NCBI GenBank assembly: GCA_902597555.1
Contig: CACJYE010000001.1
Location: 1 to 63,561 of the forward strand
Length of the DNA: 63,561 nt
Origin: an uncultured Pelagibacteraceae bacterium
GTDB lineage: Bacteria > Pseudomonadota > Alphaproteobacteria > Pelagibacterales > Pelagibacteraceae
Direction of reading: 5' to 3'
The notes beneath the pieces are model-generated. The model searched no databases and had not been told where the DNA came from. It saw nothing but the letters and a program-made list of their open reading frames with translations. Positions within the stretch are counted from its first letter, which is position 1. Each line of letters begins with the position of its first letter. Shown piece after piece: positions 50,293-59,302 of this stretch. The position numbers and the translations under genes were made by a program.

Positions 50293-51198
50293 TTAATTTA
50301 ATGCTATATATCTTTTGTTCCATCTCATTATTAAACTATAATAAAATAAAGATACAAAAAGAAAAAAACCACCGATTATAGTATTTGTGGATGGCACTTC
50401 GTTAATGCCAAATAATGGCAACCAAACCCAAAAAATTCCACCTACAACTTCAGTTAAAGATAATAAAGTTAATTCTGCTGCTGGTATCGCTTTAGATCCT
50501 ATTGAATATAAAATCAAACCGAAACAAACTAGTGTTCCGTGCAAAGAAAATAAAGCTCCGTTATAGCTAGATGAAAAAAAAACTAAGTCTTTTGATAAAA
50601 TCATAATTGTTGCAAACACAAAACAAAAGAAACCTGCAAAAGCGACAGTTGTGAATTTTGGTGTTTCTTTTCTCCATCTTAGGGTTACAGAAAAAACTGA
50701 GAAACCAATTGAGGAAGTTAAACCAAATACAAAACCAATTAATGATTTTTCACCGGTGTTTCCAAGCGCCATAATTATGATTCCAACTGTTGCAATTATT
50801 ATTGATATCCAGACATTGAGAGAAATTTTTTCTCTTAAAAATAAAAATGCTAATAATGCTGTAAAAAAAGGCATTGCTGCTAAACAAAGCAAAGTAACTG
50901 CTGCACTAGTATTTGTAATTGAATAAATGAATGTAATCATAGCGATGCCCAATCCAGATCCACCGATTACTCCAGATAAACCTATTTTATAATAGTTTTT
51001 GTAAAAATTTTTTCCTTCCTCGAAAAATAAATAAAGATTTAATAGGATGAAAATTGTTAAACCTCTACCAAAAATATACTGCCAAGGTACCAATTGAGGA
51101 TTATCCATGTATCGAACTACTAATGGGCCAAACGACCACAAGAGACCAGCAAACAGTACAACAGGAATAGCAATTCTTGGATTTCTCAACTCTAACAT
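50293..51198 (-). CDS. DMT/EamA-family transporter
   Basis: About 10 TM segments, FLFLREK and AELTLLSLTE; ends 1 bp upstream of the creatinase gene. Confidence 0.88.
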   Translation of the reverse strand: MLELRNPRIAIPVVLFAGLLWSFGPLVVRYMDNPQLVPWQYIFGRGLTIFILLNLYLFFEEGKNFYKNYYKIGLSGVIGGSGLGIAMITFIYSITNTSAAVTLLCLAAMPFFTALLAFLFLREKISLNVWISIIIATVGIIIMALGNTGEKSLIGFVFGLTSSIGFSVFSVTLRWRKETPKFTTVAFAGFFCFVFATIMILSKDLVFFSSSYNGALFSLHGTLVCFGLILYSIGSKAIPAAELTLLSLTEVVGGIFWVWLPLFGINEVPSTNTIIGGFFLFVSLFYYSLIMRWNKRYIALN

Positions 51199-51247
51199 AT
51201 TCGGAAATCTAATTGTAAATAGAATTTTCTACAACAAAAATACGTTT

Positions 51248-52492
51248 CTAAACTAAATTTTGATTTGAAAGATTTGGGAAAAAACAATCAACGATATCCC
51301 CTTTTTTAAATTTTGATTTACCTGCTGGTAACAAAACCCAAATATTTGATTTTACAAAAGATTTAATTCTAAAAGACTCTTGACCTTTTAAAATTTCAAC
51401 ATTTATTTTTCCATTCTTAGTTGTGCTTACTTGGCTCTTTACAAATCTTGTGAAATTCTTTTTTTTATCAAAACTATTTGTCAAAATAGCTTTAATAGAT
51501 TTTTCTTCTGATAACCCTAAAGCATTTAAAATATATGGTATTACAAAAAATCTAAAACATGCGGCTGAGGAGATTGGATTTCCAGGGAGTCCAAATATTG
51601 CTTTTTCTTTCCCTTTAATTTTTGCAAACATTATTGGTTTTCCAGGTCTTATTGAAGCACTTTTAAAATAGCTTGATAACTTAAATTTTTTAACAACGTC
51701 AGGTATAAAATCAAACTTACCTGCAGACACAGCGCCTGACGTAATAATAATATCATCTTTAGATTTAATTAATCTATTTATTTTTTGTTTAAAAATATTT
51801 TGATGATTATCTCTCAATATGCTTCCACTTTTAAAATTAAATAAAAAATTTTGATTTAAGTTTTTAATATAATGTGTGTTAGAATTTCTTACCATCCAAT
51901 TTGGAATATTGTCTTTGTTTGATATTTCGTTTCCAGTTGAAAAAAACAATATGTTAATTCTTTTTTTTACTTTAATTTGTTTAATACCTAAACTCTTAAA
52001 AGCTAAAATATGGTTTGGGTGAACAATTGTATTTTTTTTTATTACAACTTCCCCTTTTCTATAATCTGAGCCTGCGAACCTAACGTGATCAAATTTTTTT
52101 ATTTTTTGGTCAATTAAAATATATTTTTTGTTAGGAGCAAAAATTATTTGTTCTATAGGAATAATTGTATCAAAACCCTTTGGAATAATTCCTCCAGTCA
52201 TTATTTCTGCAGTATCAAATTTTTTTATCTTTTTTTTAAATGGTTTCATTCCTGCTGAAATTGATCCAATAATTTTAAATTCTTTTGGAAATTTTTTTTT
52301 TAATCCATTAGTATCTTTTGAATTAATTGCATAACCATCAAATGCAGCATTGTTCCCTGCAGGATAATTTATTTTAGAGTAAATATTGTTGGAAACTACT
52401 CTATTTAGGGAATTTATGCTCTTTATAGTTTCGTCTTTAATTTTAATTTTGGCTTTTTTTAAAATTGTTTTTGATTTTTCGTAACTAATCAT
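51248..52492 (-). CDS. moeA: Molybdopterin molybdenumtransferase
   Basis: AAFDGYA, IMTGG..P, STGNEI, SGAVSAGKFD, RPGKP and GLPGNP motifs. Confidence 0.95.
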   Translation of the reverse strand: MISYEKSKTILKKAKIKIKDETIKSINSLNRVVSNNIYSKINYPAGNNAAFDGYAINSKDTNGLKKKFPKEFKIIGSISAGMKPFKKKIKKFDTAEIMTGGIIPKGFDTIIPIEQIIFAPNKKYILIDQKIKKFDHVRFAGSDYRKGEVVIKKNTIVHPNHILAFKSLGIKQIKVKKRINILFFSTGNEISNKDNIPNWMVRNSNTHYIKNLNQNFLFNFKSGSILRDNHQNIFKQKINRLIKSKDDIIITSGAVSAGKFDFIPDVVKKFKLSSYFKSASIRPGKPIMFAKIKGKEKAIFGLPGNPISSAACFRFFVIPYILNALGLSEEKSIKAILTNSFDKKKNFTRFVKSQVSTTKNGKINVEILKGQESFRIKSFVKSNIWVLLPAGKSKFKKGDIVDCFFPNLSNQNLV

Positions 52493-53093
52493 TTTTGAAT
52501 ATTTCTTCAGCTTTTTTTAAATCTTCTTTTGTATTTATATTAAAGAAAGGATCATTATTTGGAAACTCCATATTAATTATTTTTACCCCAGTATTATTAG
52601 CCCACAACTCTACTTTTCTTTCTCCATTATTTAGATCCTTATCTAACTTATCCAATAAATTAATCGACCATAAGCCAAATATATTGTGTCGTGTGTTATT
52701 TGACTTAATGAAAAATAAATCGCTTTCATTGAAATTAATATTTTGAATAAAATCTTTTAATATTTGTCTCTTAAAAAAAGGTGTATCAACAGGGAAAGTT
52801 ACTATCCATTTGTAGTCTTTTTGATTTTCTTTTATCCATTTCATAGCTGATAAAACTCCACCTAACGGACCAAGACCTTTTTCAAAATCTTCGATTATTG
52901 AAATTTTTTCTGAGTTCTGAAATTTAATTTTATTATTTGATATTATTAAGAGTTCCTTGAATTCATCAATTATTTCAGTCAACATGTGATCAATTAACAA
53001 TTTACCAGCTAACTTTACTTGGGATTTATCTTCTCCAAACCTTTGTGACTTACCGCCAGCTAGCACAGTGCCTAAAATGTTGTTATGATCCAT
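52485..53093 (-). CDS. mobA: Molybdenum cofactor guanylyltransferase
   Basis: LAGGKSQRFGEDK, GPLGG, PVDTPF and FFNINT motifs. Confidence 0.95.
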   Translation of the reverse strand: MDHNNILGTVLAGGKSQRFGEDKSQVKLAGKLLIDHMLTEIIDEFKELLIISNNKIKFQNSEKISIIEDFEKGLGPLGGVLSAMKWIKENQKDYKWIVTFPVDTPFFKRQILKDFIQNINFNESDLFFIKSNNTRHNIFGLWSINLLDKLDKDLNNGERKVELWANNTGVKIINMEFPNNDPFFNINTKEDLKKAEEIFKND

Positions 53094-53135
53094 CTATAAA
53101 ATATAAAACATTCAAAGTTGAATTAAAGAAATTAA

Positions 53136-53534
53136 ATGGATTTAAGAATTTTAGAAATAGCAGCCCATACTGAAAATAATAAAGTTGTTGAAAACTATAC
53201 TCATAAGTCAAAACACAAAAATCCATTATGTGGTGATGAGATGGAAATAAGCTTAATTATCAAAGAAGATGTTGTAAAAGATATGGGTTATCAGTGTAAA
53301 TCGTGTGTTTATTGTCAGGCATCAGTCAGTCTCTTATCCAGAAAAATTAAGGAAAAAAAAGTAGATGATGTTAAAAAATTTATAAAAGTTGGTGAGCAAC
53401 TTTTTGAAGACGCAAAAGTAAGTATGGAAAAACATTGGAAAGACTTTAAAGAAATTTTAGATAGAAAAAATCTTTCAAGAAAAGAATGTTTGCTTCTACC
53501 TTTAAGAACTATTGCGAAAGCATTAAAAATATAA
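53136..53534 (+). CDS. IscU/SufU-like scaffold protein
   Basis: NPLCGD, C..CQAS.S and R.EC..LP motifs. Confidence 0.85.
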   Translation: MDLRILEIAAHTENNKVVENYTHKSKHKNPLCGDEMEISLIIKEDVVKDMGYQCKSCVYCQASVSLLSRKIKEKKVDDVKKFIKVGEQLFEDAKVSMEKHWKDFKEILDRKNLSRKECLLLPLRTIAKALKI

Positions 53535-54011
53535 ATGATTAAAATTACAAAACCATTATTGCAAAAAGCATTAATTGCAGGTTTTTTTTCTGCATTTACA
53601 ATTGGTGTACTAACAGTCCTTACTTACAAAAGTACACTAGGATATTTTATTGCAGCTTCATTCGGTTCCTCAATGGTTTTACTATTTGGTTTTCCTGAAA
53701 GCCCATTTGCACAACCAAAGAATGTTTTTTTTGGACATTTGGTAACTGCTTTAGTAGGAGTAATTTTTGTAAACTACATTCCGCTTCCGATTTATATAAG
53801 TATTGCAATTGCAGTAGGAGCAGGAGTTTTTTTGATGATTTTATTTAATATTGTTCACCCACCTGCTGGTGGAAATCCAATTATAGTTATTATTGGAAGT
53901 GCCTCTTATGATTATTTAATTAATCCAATAATTTTTGGTTGTATAATTATATTGTTATTAGCAATTATAATTAACAAATATTTATTAAAAAAAAACTATC
54001 CTCTAAAATAA
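53535..54011 (+). CDS. HPP-family membrane protein
   Basis: SFGSSMVLLFG.PESPFAQPKNV..GH and VHPPAGG motifs. Confidence 0.93.
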   Translation: MIKITKPLLQKALIAGFFSAFTIGVLTVLTYKSTLGYFIAASFGSSMVLLFGFPESPFAQPKNVFFGHLVTALVGVIFVNYIPLPIYISIAIAVGAGVFLMILFNIVHPPAGGNPIIVIIGSASYDYLINPIIFGCIIILLLAIIINKYLLKKNYPLK

Positions 54012-54015
54012 TTTA

Positions 54016-54855
54016 ATGAATTCTAAATACAAAGTTTTAAAATATTCATCTAACAAGTTTGAAAATATAGATGATTTAATTTCAATTGAAGAACCATTGG
54101 AGATTTCACTAAAGTATAAAGAATCTGATAAATGGATGAGTCAAAGTTTATCTATAACAATGAGAACTCCAGGTGATGATGAGGATCTTGTAAGAGGATT
54201 TTTATATAATGAACAAATTATAAAAAATATTGATGATATTGATTCAATAGAAAGTTATGGCGATAAAGTTGGTCAATACAATATTCAAAATAAAATATTA
54301 GCAACTTTAAATAATTCTGAAAATGTAAATATTTCAAAAATAAAAAGAGATTTTTTAACTAATTCGTCGTGTGGTGTATGTGGAAAATCTTCACTTGATG
54401 CTCTTGAAATAATAAAAAAAAATAAAACAAATTCATTAGAGCCGAAAATCAAAAAAGAGGTAATTGTAAAATCACCAGATACATTGAGAGAAGGCCAATC
54501 GGAATTTAGTAAAACAGGTGGAATTCATGCTAGCGGTCTTTTTAATAGAAATGGAGAATTGGTTGCTGTCAGAGAGGATGTAGGAAGACATAATGCTCTA
54601 GATAAACTTATTGGTTGTGCATTAAAGAGCAACCAAATTGATCCTAAAAATCAATTTATAACATGCTCAGGTAGACTAAATTTTGAGTTGGTTCAAAAAG
54701 TTCTGATGACGGATATAGGTATAATGATAGGCGTTGGTGCGCCAACTAGTCTTGCTATCGATTTAGCGAATAAATTTGACATTACCCTTGTTGGTTTCGT
54801 AAAGAGGGACAGTTTTAATATTTACACAAATAACAAAAAAGTTATTGTGGACTAA
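54016..54855 (+). CDS. fdhD: Formate dehydrogenase sulfurtransferase FdhD
   Basis: EEPLEI, TMRTPG, SSCGVCG, TGGIHA, EDVGRHNALDK and APTSLA motifs. Confidence 0.97.
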   Translation: MNSKYKVLKYSSNKFENIDDLISIEEPLEISLKYKESDKWMSQSLSITMRTPGDDEDLVRGFLYNEQIIKNIDDIDSIESYGDKVGQYNIQNKILATLNNSENVNISKIKRDFLTNSSCGVCGKSSLDALEIIKKNKTNSLEPKIKKEVIVKSPDTLREGQSEFSKTGGIHASGLFNRNGELVAVREDVGRHNALDKLIGCALKSNQIDPKNQFITCSGRLNFELVQKVLMTDIGIMIGVGAPTSLAIDLANKFDITLVGFVKRDSFNIYTNNKKVIVD

Positions 54856-54873
54856 ATTAATAAAAGGGTATTT

Positions 54874-56529
54874 GTGTCAAAAAATATAAGTAATTTATCA
54901 GGCAGAATAGGCTTAAAAGATAACTTATTTAAGCAAATCTCAGAAAATACCTTAAGCGATAATCCACAAGATATTAAAGAAATTGCCAAAAAACATAACC
55001 TAGGTGTTTCAACTCTCCATGGTGCAGAATCCTTTTATGAGTTTTTAAGACCTTCTCATAGAGAAAAAAAAGCGTTCGTTTGTAACGGTAGTGCATGCAT
55101 GTGTGCGGGTACTCAAGACAAATTAAAAGATAAACTAAAGGAAAAACTAGGTGATGACAAAGTTGGAGAAATGTTCTGCTTAGGTCATTGTTATGAAAAC
55201 CATGCATTTCACTATGATGGAGAAAATTATGCTGGTAAAGATATAGAAAAAATTGACCAAATAATTAAAGGTGAAGAAATTAAACAAGATAAGTTTTTCT
55301 CTAAAAGTTATGCAACAACAAGTTTTTTAATGGATGACAAGTTATCTTCAACAGATCAATTCAAAGAGCAATTAAGTAAATTTTTAAAAACAGATAAAAA
55401 AGAAATAGTAAAATCATTATTAGATTCAAATTTAACAGGAAGAGGTGGCGCAGGTTTTCCAACAGGAATGAAATGGGATTTCTGCAGTAAAGCAAAAGGA
55501 GAAAAAAAATATGTTATCTGTAATGCAGATGAGGGCGACTCTGGTGCTTTCTCAGATAGATATTTATTAGAGGATCAACCTTTAAAAGTTATTTTTGGAA
55601 TGGTAATATGTGGCTATGTAATTGGAAGTGATGAGGGTGTTTTATATATAAGAGGAGAATACCCAAAATCAATTGAAGCATTAAATGGAAGTATAAACGA
55701 ACTTAAAAAATTAGGATTATTAGGTGAAAATATATTGGGAACAGATTTTTCATTCGATTTAGGAATTTGTATTGGTCAAGGTGCGTATATCTGTGGAGAA
55801 GAAACAGCTTTAATTGCATCTATTGAAGGAAGAAGAGCAGAAGTTGATGTTAGACCTCCTTTTCCTGTTACAGAAGGATTATATAAAAAACCAACTGTTG
55901 TTAACAATGTTGAAACTTTAGCAGCTGCAACTGGAATTTTAATAAATGGTTCGGAAAAGTTTTCATCTATCGGAAATAAAAAATCAGCAGGTACTAAATT
56001 AGTTTGTTTGGATAGTTTCTTTAACAACCCAGGTGTATATGAAATTGATATGGGAACTCCAATGAAAAAAATTTTTAATGAAATTGGTGGAGGATATAAA
56101 GAACCATTAAAAGCTTTTCAAATTGGTGGGCCACTTGGTGGTGTGGTTCCATTAAGTGAAATAGAAAATCTTAATTTAGATTTTAAGGAGTTTACTGCAA
56201 AAGGTTTCATGTTAGGTCATGCTAGCGTGGTAAGCATTCCTAAAAATTTTTCTATGGCTGAATATATTCATCATCTTTTTGAATTTTCTGCTGAAGAATC
56301 ATGTGGAAAATGTTTTCCTGGAAGACTTGGATCTTACAGAGGTAAAGAAATGTTTGACCAAGCTAAAAACAAAACTGCCAAAATACCTTTGAAATTGCTT
56401 GAAGAATTGCTTGTTACAATGAAAAAAGGTTGTTTATGTGCTTTATGCGGAGCTATACCCACTCCTATTCAGAACATTCTAAAGTACTTTGGGGATGAAA
56501 TGAAAAATGATATGGTTAAAGATAATTAA
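54874..56529 (+). CDS. NAD-dependent formate dehydrogenase diaphorase subunit (NuoE-like + NuoF-like fusion)
   Basis: N-terminal CNGSAC...CLGHC, then GRGGAGFPTG, CNADEGD, GAYICGEETAL, ESCGKC.PGR and CLCALC. Confidence 0.9.
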   Translation: MSKNISNLSGRIGLKDNLFKQISENTLSDNPQDIKEIAKKHNLGVSTLHGAESFYEFLRPSHREKKAFVCNGSACMCAGTQDKLKDKLKEKLGDDKVGEMFCLGHCYENHAFHYDGENYAGKDIEKIDQIIKGEEIKQDKFFSKSYATTSFLMDDKLSSTDQFKEQLSKFLKTDKKEIVKSLLDSNLTGRGGAGFPTGMKWDFCSKAKGEKKYVICNADEGDSGAFSDRYLLEDQPLKVIFGMVICGYVIGSDEGVLYIRGEYPKSIEALNGSINELKKLGLLGENILGTDFSFDLGICIGQGAYICGEETALIASIEGRRAEVDVRPPFPVTEGLYKKPTVVNNVETLAAATGILINGSEKFSSIGNKKSAGTKLVCLDSFFNNPGVYEIDMGTPMKKIFNEIGGGYKEPLKAFQIGGPLGGVVPLSEIENLNLDFKEFTAKGFMLGHASVVSIPKNFSMAEYIHHLFEFSAEESCGKCFPGRLGSYRGKEMFDQAKNKTAKIPLKLLEELLVTMKKGCLCALCGAIPTPIQNILKYFGDEMKNDMVKDN

Positions 56530-59297
56530 TGAGTTCAGAGAAAAGAAAAATTGCTTATATTGATGGAAAACCGTATGAAATCGGTCCAAATCACTCATCT
56601 ATTTTAAAATTTGTAAAAAGCTATGTAGGTGAAAAAAAAGTTCCAACTTTATGTGATGATCCAAATTTGGCACCTTATGGAGCTTGTAGAGTTTGTTCTG
56701 TAGAAGTCGCTTTAGAAAAAGATGGTCCTACACGAGTTGTTGCTTCTTGCCACACTCCAGTTGCTGAAAATCAACACATATTTACTTCAAATGAATCTTT
56801 GAAAGATCTTAGAAAAAATATTGTTGAATTAGTATTAACAGATCATCCAATGGAATGTGATAGTTGTGAGGTTAATAACAATTGTGAACTTCAAACTGTT
56901 GCTAATGACTTAGGTATTTCTGATCACAGATATAACAGTCCAAAACAACATAAAGGTACTCCTAGAGATACATCTCATGATTACATGAGAATGAATTTAG
57001 ACAATTGTATCAATTGTGGTAGATGCGTCAGAGCTTGTGATGAAATTCAAGGTTCATTCGTTTTAACAATGAGTGGAAGAGGATTTGAGTCTAGAATAAC
57101 AACTGATAACGACATGATGTTTGGAGATAGTTCATGTGTTTCTTGTGGTGCATGCGCTCACACTTGTCCAACAGATGCTATCTCGGATGTTTTTCAATCA
57201 AAGTCTGCTGCTGTAGATAAAAAAGTCAGAACAACTTGTTCATACTGTGGTGTTGGTTGTAATTTAGAAGCTTCGATTAAAGATGATAAAGTTGTAGCTA
57301 TTGATACGCCTAAACAAACAGAAGTTAACGCTGGACATACGTGTATTAAAGGAAGATATGCATTTAGTTTTTATGATCATCCAGACAGATTAAAAACGCC
57401 TTTAATTAAAAGAAATGGAAAATTTGAAGAAGCTTCTTGGGATGAAGCTTATGATTTTATCAAAAAGGAGATGAATAGAATTATAAAAGAAAATGGTCCA
57501 GATGCCTTTGCTGGAATTTCTTCTGCAAGATGTACGAATGAAGAAAATTATGTTTTCCAAAAAATGATTAGAGCTGCAGTTGGAACAAACAGTGTAGACT
57601 GTTGTGCAAGGATTTGTCATTCACCTACGGCTTGGGGAATGCAACAAACTTTTGGGACTGGAGCAGCAACTAACTCTACGGATGATATTTATCATGCAGA
57701 TTTATTTTTGGTAATTGGAGCTAATCCAACGAATGCTCATCCTGTTACAGGTGCAAAAATAAAACAGCAAGTAATGAAAGGTAAAAAATTAATTGTACTT
57801 GATCCAGTTACAACTGAACTAGCGAAACTTGCTGATTATCATATTAAACTAAGACCTGGAACCAACGTTGCAGTTCTAAATATGATGTTGCACTTTATTA
57901 TTAAATCAAAACTTTATAATGCAGATTTTGTTAGAGATAGAACTGAAGGTTTTGATAATTTCTTAAAAGAAATTGAAAGACAAGATGTTGATCATTTAGC
58001 AAAAGTAGCTGGTGTAGATAAACAACTAATTAAAGAAGCAGCAATTGCATATGCTACTGCAAGAAATTCAATGGAGTTTCATGGTCTAGGAGTTACTGAA
58101 CATGAACAAGGATCTAAAACTGTAATGTTAATTGCAGATCTAGCAATGATTACAGGAAACATTGGACGAAAAGGTGTTGGAGTTAATCCTTTAAGAGGCC
58201 AAAATAATGTTCAAGGTGCAGCGGACATGGGATGTCAACCACACCAGGGTGCTGGATATTTTCCTGTAGCAGATGAAAAACATCAAGAATTTTATACTGA
58301 AAAATATGGAGTAACACATCCGACTAAACCTGGATTAAAGATTCCTCAAATGTTTGAAGCTGCAATAGATAAGGAACTTAAAGGTTTATGGATCATAGGA
58401 GAAGATATTGTTCAAACAGATCCTAACAGCGCACATGTTATTGAAGCTATGAACTCTTTAGAACTTTTAGTAGTTCAAGAAATATTTATGAGTGAAACAG
58501 CAAAATTAGCAACTGTTGTTCTGCCTGGTACAACTTTCTTAGAAAAAGATGGAACTTTTACAAATACTGAGAGAAGAATTCAAAGAGTGAACAGAGCTGT
58601 GCCTCCTCTGCCAGGAACTAAACCTGATGGATTAATTGTAACTGAGATGATGCAGAAATTAGGTTTTGACCAACCAACTTATGATGCAGATAAAGTTCTA
58701 GCAGAAATTGCTGATATCGTTCCTTTCTTTAAGGGAGTTACAAGAGAGAGACTTGGAAAATTTGGATTACAATGGCCAGTTCAAGAAGATGGAACTGATA
58801 CGAAAATTTTACATACAGAAACATTTAAATTAGGTAAAGGCAGACTTAAAAACTTTGATTGGAAAGAATCATCAGAAATTGAAGCTAATCAAAAAGACTA
58901 TCCTTTGATTTTGACAACTAGTAGAGTTTTACAACATTACAACGCCGCAACAATGACTAGAAGAACAAAAAATATAAATATTGTAGATGAAGATGTTTTA
59001 TTAATTCATCCTAAAGATGCTGAGTATAGAGATCTAAACACTGGTGATATTGGAAGACTTTATTCAGGTAGAGGTGAGGTTGCTCTTAAAGTTGAGGTTA
59101 CAGATAAAGTTAAAGAAGGAATTGTTTTTACTACATTCCATTTCCCAGAACATATGGTTAATATGGTTACAGGTCATGGTAAAGATGAAGAAACAATGTG
59201 TGCAGAATACAAAGTATCTTCTGTTGAAGTACAAAAAATTTCTAATCAATTTAAAACAGAAGTTAAACCAAAAGAAAATCAAGCCGAAGTTAGTTAA
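56529..59297 (+). CDS. fdhF: Formate dehydrogenase alpha subunit (FdsA/FdhF type, Cys ligand)
   Basis: N-terminal Fe-S motifs (CRVC, HPMECDSC, CINCGRC, CVSCGAC), TCSYCGVGC, active site CCARICH and PLRGQNNVQG. Confidence 0.95.
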   Translation: MSSEKRKIAYIDGKPYEIGPNHSSILKFVKSYVGEKKVPTLCDDPNLAPYGACRVCSVEVALEKDGPTRVVASCHTPVAENQHIFTSNESLKDLRKNIVELVLTDHPMECDSCEVNNNCELQTVANDLGISDHRYNSPKQHKGTPRDTSHDYMRMNLDNCINCGRCVRACDEIQGSFVLTMSGRGFESRITTDNDMMFGDSSCVSCGACAHTCPTDAISDVFQSKSAAVDKKVRTTCSYCGVGCNLEASIKDDKVVAIDTPKQTEVNAGHTCIKGRYAFSFYDHPDRLKTPLIKRNGKFEEASWDEAYDFIKKEMNRIIKENGPDAFAGISSARCTNEENYVFQKMIRAAVGTNSVDCCARICHSPTAWGMQQTFGTGAATNSTDDIYHADLFLVIGANPTNAHPVTGAKIKQQVMKGKKLIVLDPVTTELAKLADYHIKLRPGTNVAVLNMMLHFIIKSKLYNADFVRDRTEGFDNFLKEIERQDVDHLAKVAGVDKQLIKEAAIAYATARNSMEFHGLGVTEHEQGSKTVMLIADLAMITGNIGRKGVGVNPLRGQNNVQGAADMGCQPHQGAGYFPVADEKHQEFYTEKYGVTHPTKPGLKIPQMFEAAIDKELKGLWIIGEDIVQTDPNSAHVIEAMNSLELLVVQEIFMSETAKLATVVLPGTTFLEKDGTFTNTERRIQRVNRAVPPLPGTKPDGLIVTEMMQKLGFDQPTYDADKVLAEIADIVPFFKGVTRERLGKFGLQWPVQEDGTDTKILHTETFKLGKGRLKNFDWKESSEIEANQKDYPLILTTSRVLQHYNAATMTRRTKNINIVDEDVLLIHPKDAEYRDLNTGDIGRLYSGRGEVALKVEVTDKVKEGIVFTTFHFPEHMVNMVTGHGKDEETMCAEYKVSSVEVQKISNQFKTEVKPKENQAEVS

Positions 59298-59302
59298 TTA
59301 AA

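Noticed and set aside
54874-56529. Respiratory complex I nuoF
   Set aside because: It is flanked by fdhD and FDH alpha with no other nuo genes, so it is the FDH diaphorase subunit.
57590-57625. Selenocysteine in FDH alpha (or at the SelO C-terminus)
   Set aside because: The active site reads CCARICH with Cys codons in an uninterrupted ORF. SelO ends in an ordinary TYCGT before its TGA.
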